A stretch of 64,000 bases of DNA. It comes from Thraustochytrium aureum. Lineage: Eukaryota. A program made the translations under genes and the position numbers. The stretch covers positions 230,067 to 294,066 of the forward strand of contig BLSG01000216.1 in the NCBI GenBank assembly GCA_012862495.1. The letters run 5' to 3'. This document shows, one piece after another, positions 1 through 11,800 of this stretch (its first letter is position 1; each line of letters opens with the position of its first letter). The notes beneath the pieces were generated by a model, which saw only the letters and a program-made list of their open reading frames with translations, did no database searches and was not told the DNA's origin.

Positions 1-1701
1 GCAGGTGGTGCGTCTTGAACATGCTGAGCGATTCAAGCGGCCTCCCGGATGCGGCGGCTCCCCTCTCGTCCGAGAAGCACCCAAACTGCAGACAGCCCGT
101 GTCGCGCGTCTCTGTGTCAGAGTATGCGTCTTCGAACTCGTCTCCGTCCATCTCTGCGTCGCTACCTCGGGCTCCCAACCTGGGCACTGCATTTTTGCTG
201 CGTTCCAGCGCGGAGCCAAGCTCCAGGTCCGGCTCGCCGTCTCGGTACGGGTTCAAATCGGTCTCACGGATATGACTCGTGGCACGACTCAGCACCGCCG
301 CAAGTAATGCAAGTGAGCTCCGCGGTCTGGTCGACGCCCTTGGCTTCGTCATCGTGGACGTCGTCCATCGAGTCCTCGTCCAAGCGCCCGGCCTCGATCT
401 GGGCAGGCAGTCGAAGCCTCCGGCAAACGCGCACCCCATTCTCTTCCCGGCCGCCGCGGAGGTGGCCTCGCGAGTCGCGCGTCCACACCAGCGAGTCGAC
501 GACGAAGGGCGGGATAAAGTCAAACTCGCCAAGCTGAGCGAGGTGCCCCACATTCCTGCGGATCAGGTCCGCGCAGAGCTCGGTGAGCGGGGGCGGGGAC
601 AAGTTGCCCACGAAAACGGCGTGCATGTCGTTGAGTCGGTCCACGCCGTCGTATCCTCCGAGGATGTACATGTACTCGCCAACAGAGACGGCCCTATGAA
701 AGGTTCGTGAAGTGGGCTCGCACCCGGTCACCTCCACGGCGACCCAGGCCAGGGTCTTGAAGTCAAACTTGTGCAGGTCGTTGAAGCGGCGATGGTCTTT
801 GTCGACGCCGCCAAAGACTATCATGCTGTCGCTGGAATCGTGCACAACCGCAGAGTGCCTGTACCTGTTGCGCGGCCGAGGGCAACTAGCACCACTCCCC
901 AGCGCAAGAGGCGCTGACGAGGCCGTTGATGACGAAGACGCATACGACGAAGACGAGGCCTCCGAAACGCCAGACACAGTGCGGGCATGACTGTGTGCTT
1001 GACTGGGGCGGACACCTGTCGCCGCGCACCCGCTCTCTGCCCCCCGGTCGCCAAAGCCCGGCTTCGGGAGCGTTGCTGCGGAGTCCTGGCCGCCGCTGCA
1101 CTCCGAGGCGCTGTTGGCGCGACTCGCCGTGTTCTCGCAGTCGCTCTCGAAACGCTCAAACGCGTTGCGGGATCGCTTGTTCGCGCCGAGGTCGTCAAGG
1201 TGGAGACCGGCTCCAGACGCTTCAAGCTCGGCCATGGCAACGCAAGAGGCGGCCACGGGTCCCGCAAGGCAGGCGGGCAGGGGGGCGGGGCGCGCAGATC
1301 GCAGCTGCTCCAGCGAGCTCCAAGTCTCGGTGGCGAGGTTGAGCGACCAAATGCAATCGAGCGTCTCGCGGCCATCCCAGCCGCCAAAGACCCAGAGGCA
1401 GCCTCCGCGGATTACACCGGTGTGGCCGAAACGCCGCGAAGGCCTGGTTTCCTTGCTCTCTTGGCTCAGCTCGCGCCACTCGGCCTTGGCGAGGTCAAAC
1501 TCAAAGGTGTCGTTGTACCGGGTGTGGCCGTCATAGCCCCCGAAGACGATGAGCTTGCCGTCGTGGGACGCGAGGCTGTGGTCGGTGCGAGGGCTGGGCC
1601 TTTGCGCGCGGCTGGGGCTCACCTCGGCCATCGTTGGGTCTGTGGCTACCTGGCGCGAGCGCGGCCGCACCACGGACCAAGTGCTTCGAGCAAAGTCGAA
1701 G
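1..1701 (-). CDS. Kelch-repeat beta-propeller protein with C-terminal BC-box/SOCS-box-like motif (partial; 5' end in gap, probable 1-nt frame break near 270, 3' end runs off window)
   Basis: Kelch repeats PSPRTDHS..LIVFGGYDG, PSRRFGHT..LWVFGGWDG, RNRYRHSA..MIVFGG and PTSRTFHR..MYILGGYDG are followed by PPLTELCADLI. The ORF track stops at 264, but the adjacent frame (IRETDLNPYRDGEPDLELG...) stays open to base 1. Confidence 0.85.
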
Positions 1702-4655
1702 NNNNNNNNNNNNNNNNNNNNNNNNNNNNNNNNNNNNNNNNNNNNNNNNNNNNNNNNNNNNNNNNNNNNNNNNNNNNNNNNNNNNNNNNNNNNNNNNNNN
1801 NNNNNNNNNNNNNNNNNNNNNNNNNNNNNNNNNNNNNNNNNNNNNNNNNNNNNNNNNNNNNNNNNNNNNNNNNNNNNNNNNNNNNNNNNNNNNNNNNNNN
1901 NNNNNNNNNNNNNNNNNNNNNNNNNNNNNNNNNNNNNNNNNNNNNNNNNNNNNNNNNNNNNNNNNNNNNNNNNNNNNNNNNNNNNNNNNNNNNNNNNNNN
2001 NNNNNNNNNNNNNNNNNNNNNNNNNNNNNNNNNNNNNNNNNNNNNNNNNNNNNNNNNNNNNNNNNNNNNNNNNNNNNNNNNNNNNNNNNNNNNNNNNNNN
2101 NNNNNNNNNNNNNNNNNNNNNNNNNNNNNNNNNNNNNNNNNNNNNNNNNNNNNNNNNNNNNNNNNNNNNNNNNNNNNNNNNNNNNNNNNNNNNNNNNNNN
2201 NNNNNNNNNNNNNNNNNNNNNNNNNNNNNNNNNNNNNNNNNNNNNNNNNNNNNNNNNNNNNNNNNNNNNNNNNNNNNNNNNNNNNNNNNNNNNNNNNNNN
2301 NNCTGCCTGCTGAGGGCCTGCCTGCCTGCTGAGGGCCTGCGAGGGTTGCGGGTCTGCCGTGCCGCGGGTCTGCTGGTTCCATCCCACTCCCTCCCTCCCC
2401 CCTCTCTTCCTCCTCTTCTCTGCTCTGCATCCTGCTCGTTCTACCTTTAGAAGTAGCTTCGAGTTGCTCGGAGAGCAGGGCGAAGGCCGAGCTCGCATGA
2501 AAGGCATGAAAGTGCTCTTCTTCCTCATTACTCATTCATTCAGGCTCTTGCCAAGCGCCTGCCTGCTCCCAACGGGCCGAGAGAACTCGCATGATGCACG
2601 CCCTTCCCTTCCCTGCCTGGCAGTGGAGTTCTTATGGATGGCATCATGGAGGTGGAGAGGGCGCCACGGTTGCCCTGCGGCTGCTGGTGCATCTTGCTTG
2701 AACTGTCAAGAGTGAGCCGGTACCCTGACGGTATTGCAGGACCGCCTAGTAGACCGCGTTCAAAGATTGGATGTTCGCGGTTGTGGCCCGGCGGCCTCCA
2801 TGCTTGCGAGGCAACGCTTCAACGGCCGCCTGTTTGCGCCGCGTCAAGAGCGAAGGCGGCTGGGAGGGCGGCGGATCAAGAGCTGCGGAACGGACGGAAT
2901 GTGCGAGGGCAAGCGACGCCGGAGCACTCACGAGGCCACCGCGCGCTTGGGCGCCGCTCTTGAAGGGGTTGGGTGGGGTTTGGGCGTGTTTGCGTGCGTG
3001 CGAAGCGGACGTTGTTCGATGAATGTGCGAGCGTCCCAGGTGGGCGAGTCGGCTGGAGCTCGTTGTGGAGCTGACTGACCGTTGCCAGCGAGCGTCGTCG
3101 GCGGTGGGCGGTGGGTTCGAAGCGCCAGCTTGCGCTGCGGCTTCTGGCGGCTTTCGCAAACGGCGCCCTCGATTATCTTCTGGCTGGAGGGAGCAAGGCT
3201 GCGCTGGCACCAATCTCATGAAACTTGGCCGTCAGACCATGCCACAAGTAATACTCTACCGGTATCGCCCACGTCTGCAAACATACTATCGAGGGTTCCA
3301 CATTTGCTGAAAGACAACAGTACGTCCTCGAGTACTCGAGTACAGCAGCTTTCATCTTGGAGCTGTTGGAGCTCTGCAGATGTTCTAATCGCGCCACAAC
3401 GACGCAGCCTTCTGAGCACAAACAGGCAAAGTTGCCATCGACAGCGCTCCGTCCATCGCCCATCGTTTTTAAAAGTGTTTGCAAAGGTTGCGCAACAGCA
3501 AGCGGGGTGCCAGGAACACGCGCGATACTCGGAGGTTGCGGCAATCATTGATAGCACCTGTGGCGGTTTCTGTAACCAACAAAGATGCCGCCGCGTCACG
3601 CTGCTTGCGTGTCTGTTCTTTCCTCAGACTCAGCTTCGCGAAGCGCCGCCGCACAACCCGCCTTTCTCGCGCAGCAAGGTTGGGTGGGCAGGGTCCCTGC
3701 CGGAGCAGAACAGCTGCTTGAGGGATGGCAGGGCCGTCGATCCAAAAGTGCCGCATGCCGAAGCGGAGGACTCGGTACTCTACGTCGCCGCCTTCTCGTT
3801 GATCGTTGGGACGTCGAGAGGACAATTCAGAGAGCTGCCCCACCCTCCCCACCAACACCCCTCCGGAGACGCCATCCCGCAAGGATTTCTGCCCGCCCGC
3901 ACGATCAACCAAGCGTCTGAACATGGCGAAGAACCTGGCGAGTGATGGCCTTCCGACGTTGACTCAGGTAGTATCGGCAGTCCTTGGACGACAAAGCGGA
4001 ACCAGAGGCCTCTTGTCGTGGTGGGGTCTCGCCCCTGCAAGCCTCCAAAGTGCCGTGCTTGCCGAAAGCAGAGTTCGCCCTAGGTGCGACACTTCTATTC
4101 CTCGGCGGGTGGGCTAGAATACAACTACCTCGCACACCTACACCTGATGGATAGATGGGACAAAGCGCATTGATCAAGCCCGTGAGGCGCCTTTCAAGGA
4201 CTGAGGTGCTGGTTGGGGACGCAGACGTGGACAACGTCGCTTACAAGTTGCACCCACTGCAAGCACGCGGTCAGACTCTCGAACGCTCGCCCACTGACAC
4301 AGTACTTCCGTGCCCGTACACAGAATGCCTGCCTTTGTCGCAGAGCCCCTCCTGCAGTGCCAGGCCTTTTTTGAAAGAGTACTTCCGCACGTTGCCAATC
4401 CATTGCAAGTCCAATTAGGTCAAACAAAGGGTCCAATGGAGGCCACTAGAAAAGGGGAAGGTAAACAGGTTTTCACCAACGAGTCTGCTCGGGTGTGCAA
4501 CAGCGACGCAGTCAAGCGTGATTGGCAGGCAGTGCCGGACGCGCCAGCCGACTCGCGACGGGGTGGCAGCAAGGGCCTTGGCCGAGCTCCTCGCTCCTGC
4601 CTCGCGCACATAGGCGACGAACGCTCCGAGTGGCCGCGAACGCCTCCACGACAGG

Positions 4656-5645
4656 ATGCCGCCGACGCGCGCCTGGTCACTGAAACGTCGTACAACCCTT
4701 GCCCTGTCGGCTGTTGTTGCCGCGTTTGCCGGAGCTCGAGGCCAGGCCGCCTGTGAGACCTTTGACTCCCAGACGCGATGCGAGACAGGTGAAGGGCGCT
4801 TTGCGTGCTACTGGACGGAGCGACACGGCACACCGGCGGCGTGCAAGAGCGCTGTCGACCTCTACAACGGTGCCGCGGTCTGCACTTGTGCGCTCAGCGC
4901 CGCGGAGGGCGGCTGCAGTTTGGCCAGCGGCGAGAGCAAGTGCGAACCGGCGCGGTTCTGCACGGTCGAGGCCGGCGTGTGCACAGCTGTGCAGGTCGTC
5001 ACCTCAAACGACTGCATTTTGCGAGCCTCAGCAGACACATTGGTTTGCGAGCCCACGGCACTTTGCGAGCTTGTCGAGGCCAGCGAATCGAGCTCTGCAA
5101 TTTGCGCTGCGCGAGGCCCCACAGACTCTGCGGAGCGGTCTCTGCAGGTCCCATCCTCGTCGCCCCCCACTCCGGTGCCCATCCGGGTGCCCACTGCATC
5201 CGAGCCGGAGGATGGGGTCAACATCGGTCTGGTCGCTGGGGCTATCGCAGGAGCAGTCATCATAATTGTGGGCCTTGCGACATACTTTTGCTGCATCAAG
5301 TCGAGCACGTTCAAGCCGGAGGATGTCGAGGTCAAGGTCCCTGTGCGGCCGATCCGGGTGGGCGACCTCGCCGTCCCCGTGATGCCGAGCGACCTTGACG
5401 GGCCCGCCAAGGCCTTGCCTGGGGCTGGGATCGAGTTGGAAGTCCTGTACCGGTTCGTCGGCGAAAACAGCGACGAGCTCACGGTGGACGAGGGAATGCA
5501 CCTTGTTGCCGTCGCTCGCATCGACGACGATTGGTGGGAAGCCACGGCCCCAGACGGTTCGACGGGTATCATTCCTGTCGACTTCGTTCAGGAACTGGAG
5601 CCGGAAATCTCCCCGTTTGCTGTTGAAGAGGAGCCAGAGTGGTAG
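4656..5645 (+). CDS. Type I membrane protein: signal peptide, Cys-rich ectodomain, Pro/Thr stalk, TM helix, cytoplasmic SH3 domain
   Basis: Hydrophobic N-terminus (LALSAVVAAFAGARG), many regularly spaced Cys, TM IGLVAGAIAGAVIIIVGLATYFCCI, and SH3 signature VLYRFVGENSDELTVDEG...DDDWWEA...TGIIPVDFV. Confidence 0.85.
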   Translation: MPPTRAWSLKRRTTLALSAVVAAFAGARGQAACETFDSQTRCETGEGRFACYWTERHGTPAACKSAVDLYNGAAVCTCALSAAEGGCSLASGESKCEPARFCTVEAGVCTAVQVVTSNDCILRASADTLVCEPTALCELVEASESSSAICAARGPTDSAERSLQVPSSSPPTPVPIRVPTASEPEDGVNIGLVAGAIAGAVIIIVGLATYFCCIKSSTFKPEDVEVKVPVRPIRVGDLAVPVMPSDLDGPAKALPGAGIELEVLYRFVGENSDELTVDEGMHLVAVARIDDDWWEATAPDGSTGIIPVDFVQELEPEISPFAVEEEPEW

Positions 5646-6099
5646 GGATTGCGTTGTCCCATGGTGCCTCCATCGCTTCAGTTAGCTTGTTGGCTGGCCG
5701 CCAGCGCTCCACGCGCAGCCTCGAACACAAGACAGCATACGTTTTCTAGCTCTCTAGTAGCTCTCTACTTGCTCTANNNNNNNNNNNNNNNNNNNNNNNN
5801 NNNNNNNNNNNNNNNNNNNNNNNNNNNNNNNNNNNNNNNNNNNNNNNNNNNNNNNNNNNNNNNNNNNNNNNNNNNNNNNNNNNNNNNNNNNNNNNNNNNN
5901 NNNNNNNNNNCTAGAGAGAGAGCAGGCTGCGTGCGCTCCGCGAGCGTGCAAACTACACTCCGTGCACCACACATGGTCAAGAAATGCTTTCAAAACCCAC
6001 TAATCTTCTCGATCAAGATCATTGCATGCGCGTTGGTGACATCAACTGAGGAATAACCACACTGCCCTATACAACACAGAGTAGAGTACAGCGGTGCGG

Positions 6100-8043
6100 T
6101 CAAGCACGGGACTTGCTGCCAGAGCGCTTGCCCTTGCGCTCTTTCTCCTTCCTGCGCTGCCGGCGCCGCTGCCGGCGCTTGCGGTCTTCGTCGCTGTCTT
6201 CCCCTCCACTGCTTGCAGCGCCATCTTCCTCGTGTGCATTTTCGTCTAACGTAGTCGAATACGAGAGCTCAACAGCAGCAGTGGAGAAACGGCGCGGGGC
6301 CAACGTGGACAGACGGTCCATCTTGCGCTGCTCCTTCGCGTCGCTCTCTTGCTTTTCGATATCGTCAATCGTGTCTTCCCCGTGCACAAAGCACATCAGA
6401 AGCGAGCTCACGAGCACGATGACGACCGCGGTCGTCATCGTGCCAATCATGGTAGCCGTCGTGTTTATCGAGGGCGACTGGAACGGCCCCACCAACGCGT
6501 CGCTGAGTGCCTCGGCGTCGCTTGTCGTGAACTCCTCCAATCCTGTGACGCGCACTAGCTTCAGAGGCCCGAACAGGCCAACCTCGACTTCGCGAACCAT
6601 CGCCGCTGTCAGCACTCGCAGAACCACCGTGTCGCTGTACATCGCGCGTATTGCCTTTTCGTGCACGGAAGGGTCAAAGGTCAGGGTGAGCTTGGCGATT
6701 ACGCTTCCCGCCCGAACCGAGTCCACCACGATGCGCGCCATCGGTAGCTCAAGAGCGCTTGACACCTTCTCGACCAAAAGCGATGCAAACTCTGACGAGC
6801 CGTGGTAGGACTCGCGAAAGGTATCGTCCATGAGCAGCGTCAGACCCACCGACACTTCCGACAGGTTGCCCTTAGATCCGCTGTCGCCGCCGCCACCGTT
6901 CGAACTGGAGCAGGAGGCTGGCAAGGAGCACGGCAGGAACAGCTCGTCACTGCCGTAGCCAACCTCGCCCATGCGCAGCATCGCCGGAACAAAGGCGTTG
7001 TACCACGCCTCAAGCCCCGCTGTCTCGTTCAGCTTGGTTAAATCTCCATTCACGTACCCGGCAAAGCGGAGGCAGTGGTCTCGCGCGGTCCGCGACCCGT
7101 CCAAGAGCGAGTCGTTTGCGTCGCAATTGCCATCGCTGGCCGCAACGCGGTTGCATCCACTGGACCCTGCGCCAATCTTGAACGCCATCGCAAGGTCTGT
7201 GTTGAGCATCATGAGCTTCGTATTTGATGTTCCCCACTGCGGTTTCCCGGTGGGCGTTGTCACTCGACTCCAATCACGGTCAAACATGTCGAGATAGTAC
7301 GAGTTGTCAAGCACGCGGTTCAATGTCACCCACTGGCCAATGTGGCCCGACCCCGTTGCCGACGCCGCGCCCAACGTATGCGCCCCTTGCAGCGCGACCA
7401 TGTCCTCGACAGAGAGCCCCATGCGGTCTACAAAAACTCCGCTGATGTGCGCAAAGTCGCCGTTTGGCGCTGGAAGCCGGAAACGCTCTGCTTCAATCGA
7501 CGAGTCAGTCCCGTTCACAAACCCGTCCACGGTGCAGTCTGGGGCGTCGACGCGCCCGAACTTGAAGCGTTCAAGCATAGGCGGTAATGGCGGGACTTTG
7601 GACAAGTGCGTGAGAGCGGCGTCGTAAGCCTGCTGGACCGCAACAAGGCCCGCGTACTGGAACAGGTCCGCGCGCGAAAACCCGGCTCGCTTCGGGAGAT
7701 TCGCGTACAGCCGGCTCAGCGCAACGCCAATGTTTGCCAGCCCATCGTTCCCTGGGTCGTCCATCAGAAAGCACCCGTTCGCGCGCCCAGTCTTGTCAGA
7801 CGCCTGGAAAGCGCCAACGTCGTGAAATGAGGCGCGAACAGCGCCTCCAAGCGTGCGGTCCAGCGTCAGCCCTGGCGTGTCGTACAATACCTGGAGCACA
7901 GACGGCAGTACCACGTTGTTGACAAACTCTTGCGACACCTGCCCGGTGCAGCTCGTGCATTCCTCCGCTCCCACGGCCACCACGGCGGCCGACGCCGCGG
8001 CGACAGCCGCCGCGCGCCATGCCTTCCACCTTGGCGCGCGCAT
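6100..8043 (-). CDS. Membrane-anchored non-animal heme peroxidase (peroxidase-catalase superfamily) with SEA-like domain and TM helix
   Basis: ATG at 8043 begins a signal peptide. Motifs: distal VRASFHD, SRADL, FKFGRVDA, RLPAP, proximal MVALQGAHTLG, GQW..VLDNSYY and MLNTDLAM. A C-terminal hydrophobic helix and basic tail follow. Confidence 0.9.
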   Translation of the reverse strand: MRAPRWKAWRAAAVAAASAAVVAVGAEECTSCTGQVSQEFVNNVVLPSVLQVLYDTPGLTLDRTLGGAVRASFHDVGAFQASDKTGRANGCFLMDDPGNDGLANIGVALSRLYANLPKRAGFSRADLFQYAGLVAVQQAYDAALTHLSKVPPLPPMLERFKFGRVDAPDCTVDGFVNGTDSSIEAERFRLPAPNGDFAHISGVFVDRMGLSVEDMVALQGAHTLGAASATGSGHIGQWVTLNRVLDNSYYLDMFDRDWSRVTTPTGKPQWGTSNTKLMMLNTDLAMAFKIGAGSSGCNRVAASDGNCDANDSLLDGSRTARDHCLRFAGYVNGDLTKLNETAGLEAWYNAFVPAMLRMGEVGYGSDELFLPCSLPASCSSSNGGGGDSGSKGNLSEVSVGLTLLMDDTFRESYHGSSEFASLLVEKVSSALELPMARIVVDSVRAGSVIAKLTLTFDPSVHEKAIRAMYSDTVVLRVLTAAMVREVEVGLFGPLKLVRVTGLEEFTTSDAEALSDALVGPFQSPSINTTATMIGTMTTAVVIVLVSSLLMCFVHGEDTIDDIEKQESDAKEQRKMDRLSTLAPRRFSTAAVELSYSTTLDENAHEEDGAASSGGEDSDEDRKRRQRRRQRRKEKERKGKRSGSKSRA

Positions 8044-8885
8044 ACCGCGCTCTTCCACTGCCCGAACGCCGGCAGCTGCGCTCGCCGTCCTTGCCGTCGA
8101 GTGACCTCGGTGGCGAGCGACCTTTGCGGCAGTGCCGCACCCGACTTTTTCCAGCGACCTTGCCGGCAGCCGCTGCCCGCACACCTGTAACGGAGCCCCT
8201 GCTCCTCGCTGAGCCGCCCGCGGTGGCCCTCCGCCAGAGCGCGCCGCTGGTCGTACGAGCACTGCTCGCCCTCTCCAGAGTCTCTCCAACTCGCACGTGC
8301 AAACACGTCTTNNNNNNNNNNNNNNNNNNNNNNNNNNNNNNNNNNNNNNNNNNNNNNNNNNNNNNNNNNNNNNNNNNNNNNNNNNNNNNNNNNNNNNNNN
8401 NNNNNNNNNNNNNNNNNNNNNNNNNNNNNTTCTGAATTCTGTGAACCTACTTTTAAAGCCCGCATGCGTGTCTCCGCCACGTATTTCGCGCCTCGGTGAA
8501 TCATCCTGCGCCTTTTCAATCCCCCGGAGATACCTTGACCGGTCGGAGAAACGGGCGAATGATAGGCACCGGCGGTTAAAGTGAGCGGGGAGTGGCGATT
8601 TGACCGTTTTTGGAGGACGAGCAGGCTGCGGGCAGAACGCGAACGCGCGAGGGCCAGAGGCGCGCAGGACGGAGCGAGCGAGCCGGACCGCAGTGCGTTA
8701 GTAGTACAGAGCGGCGTGGATTGGCTTGCCAAGGCCACGGCCACGGCCACGGCCACGGCGGCCGGCGAGGCTTGGACGAACGGGATCCGTTTCGAACGCG
8801 CAGGCGAAGGTAGGTGACGCGACCACGTCGAGCGAGCCCAGAGCCAGCTTTTTCAGGGCGACGCGGCGCTACGAGGGCGAAGAGG

Positions 8886-11800
8886 ATGGCTGCCGTCGCT
8901 GCGGGGAAGAGCGAGCTGGAGCGGCTTGACGAAAAGCTCAAGAGCCTCACCGATGAGCTGGAAAACGGCGCCACCAACAAGAGCAAGCGCGCCAAAGGCG
9001 GTCGCTGAGATTTCGGCTGCGGTGGGAAATGCCGTACAGAGTCATGGCGAGCCAATCTCGGACGCAGGCTAGGGCCGCTCGTCGAGCGGCTCGTTTCGCT
9101 TGGCGCAGTTCTTCAGAGGGCTGGCGAACCCGATGCTGCTGCGCGAATCGCATTCGAGCCCTGCGCGGCCCTCACGAACGATGTTGAGACCAAGGTCTCT
9201 TGTCTTGTGAACGCCGCAGCTTGCATAAGCTCGGTGCTCGAGTTGCACTTCAACGCGTGCCGTGGGGGGGACCTATTGCCGGACAAGACACCCGTGGCAG
9301 AGAAAGCGCTTCACGGCCTGGGCCTCGTGCAACGAGCGCAGGAAGCGCTTGGGGCTGCAGGATTGGAAAGATCGCGCGAGGCCATGTATTGGCAGCTGTT
9401 TAATAGCGTTGTGGTTTGCCTGGCTATTTCCGAGCCGATGGCAGGCCTGGGCTACGCCGCGCAGGTAGTTAACTTTGTCGCTTTGAGCATCGTGGCGATG
9501 GAGGGCACTCTGCCCCTCTGCGTCGTCAAGTACCTCCCGTGGAGAGCAAGGTTGTACTCCTTGGCGAGCCGCTGCTACGAGCAGCTCGGAAAGCTCAAGC
9601 AGGCCAAGGCTGCGGCAGTGCGCCTCGAACAGCAAGTTGCGCAATTGCGCCTCGATGAAGAGATGGACTCCCCTGTTCCAGAGCACATCCTCAGCTCGCT
9701 GGACTCGGCGCTCCTCGTGTCACATGCTCTCAAAACAAAGGCTTCGCTGCTCAAGGCAGTGGCCGACGAGTCGCTCGACTCACACGGGCGCGAGGCATTT
9801 GCCAGCAAGCTGATTCTTGAAGAGCTCGGCGTTGATCTGCAGAGCGGCGAGCTTTTTGGCCCCCAGAGCAGTTCGCTCGCCACCACATGAACCATCCCAC
9901 TGCGCGGCTTCGCGTGTTGGCAGAGTGGCTCTCGCTGAGCGGCATGCGCACTTTGCTGAGGCCCGCAAAGTGCGCCGTGGCAGGGAATGCCACGCGCGAC
10001 GCCGCCGGAGAGCACGCTCTTGGCGATCTCGCGGCGCCTATTGCGGCGGCCTGTCGCATCTGCCTCGGCGCACTCGATCCGTCTTGCCCAGCCGCACTTT
10101 GGCAGGCCGAGGCCCTCCAGATTGCGCGCGGCCTCGTTCATCTTGAGCAGTGGGACGTTGCTGCGCTGTTCTTGGGCGCACTGGTCAGAAATGAACAAGA
10201 AGGCCAAGCCTCGCAGGCCGCAACGCCAATTCCCCAGACGCCAGCTGCGGCTGAAGTATTCCTTCTCCGTGCGGTCTATTTGCTAGAGTGCGCCAGCGCC
10301 GACGCGACGCAAGTCGGCTTGCCCGCAAGCCTTCTGGAGGGTGACATGGCCAAAGTGCAGGGCGCCGTCGTCTCCGTGCAAGCGATACGCTTTCTAGCGC
10401 AAACCCTGAGAACCAGCGTCGCTGGGCGAGGTCAGACTCTAGCGCAGCGACAGCCAGATCTGGTCATCGATGCCGCGCTGCTGTTGTGGTCGCCATACTG
10501 CACGGCGATGCTGGACAGCGTGGCCGAGACGAGAGCAGACGAACCCCTTCACCCAGCGCTGCTCGCAGTAGCACGCGAGGCACTACAGAGCGTGCATGCA
10601 TGTCTTGCAGCCTGCAACTCGCCCGACTATGTCTTGCGCGCCTCGGTTGCGCTGCGTCTCTCACACTTGATGCACACAAGCGCAGAGCCAGACTCGCGCG
10701 GGGCCCTGCAGGTCTTGCACCACTCACTGCGCCTCATTAGTGTGCAGCGGGCCGAGCAAGTGGCGGCAGCCTCTGGGCCAGCGGCGATCGTCGCGAATTC
10801 AGAGGATCTGGGTTGCGAACCTGAAAGCCTTCAAATCGCGGACTTTGCGATGGTTCACGCAGACTCTGTGGCTCTGAAAATGCGAATCGAGCTTGAGCTC
10901 AGCGCTGCTGACAAGCTAGCTGCGCAAGGGGCTTGCGCTGCGCGGCAAGTCGCGCGCGGTCAAGCGCCAGTCAAGGTTGCTGGCGTGCACAAGTCGGGAA
11001 GCGACGTGACCGTCTCGCTTTCACCTGGCATGGCCCAAGCTGGCCCGTCAAAGAAAGGAGAGCAGGCCGTTCTTGCGCAGTGTGGCCGAAACGGCTACGA
11101 GCGGGCAATAGGCTTGCTGACCATCAGCGCGATGCGCCCTCTCGACGAGTATGAAGAGCGGGCCAGCATGTTTGCCCAAGCAGGTAGGCTCCTTGACAAC
11201 GTCGCGATTCGCGAGAGGGAGCTCATAGCCCAGCTCCACGATGGCGACGAGGTCGTGGGCGAGAATGGGGGCGCAAACGCAAAGAGCGACCAAGATGCAG
11301 ACAGCTCGGGGCCAGCCCTCCTCGCCGCCCCACGAGTCGTTCGCCGCTCTGCACGGGAGATCACTGTCCAAGTGCTGCCGTACTCCGCCACACAAGAAGC
11401 GAGCGGGATCAAGGGCGCCTCTGCAGCGCCTGCATACTACGTACTGTATGGCAAGCCGGCCGGGTCCGGGACCGATGTCGGGCTCACGAACACAGACCTT
11501 GTTGGAACCGGCGTCCGTCTCAGTCCCAACAGCCTCCACGTCGACGTCACCGGCCTGTGTCCCAACGAGGAATACGTCTTCGCCGCGGCCGCTTTCAGCA
11601 AGACTGGCAATTTGATTGCGCCTGGCGTAGGGAAAACGAGCGCCCCAGTTCTCTGCGCGAGTCCACTGCCAAGACTTGTTTGCTGGGCGATTGCTGCAAA
11701 GCTTGCATACGCAGCAATCAAGCACATTGCAGACGAGCGGTCGCGTGAATTTGCGGCGCTTCACCACACCGTCAAGGCCAAGGTTGTCGAGTGTAAAGCA

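Noticed and set aside
230..265. tRNA T-loop-like GGTTCAAATC
   Set aside because: There is no cloverleaf, and it lies antisense to the continuing Kelch coding frame.
3327..3340. Perfect 14-bp palindrome CTCGAGTACTCGAG
   Set aside because: It is an isolated occurrence, compatible with chance in 64 kb.
3082..3945. 287-aa plus-strand ORF
   Set aside because: It has a non-ATG start, no recognisable motif, and codon usage unlike neighbouring genes.
8733..8760. (GGCCAC)n hexamer run; also short tandem duplications at 35713-35743, 38155-38186 and 18614-18638
   Set aside because: These are ordinary slippage repeats with no evidence of function.
9006..9008. In-frame TGA early in CFAP54 as selenocysteine or readthrough
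   Set aside because: The +1 frame (AVAEISAAVGNAVQSHGEPISDA) is more protein-like, so two compensating indels explain it better, and I see no SECIS evidence.
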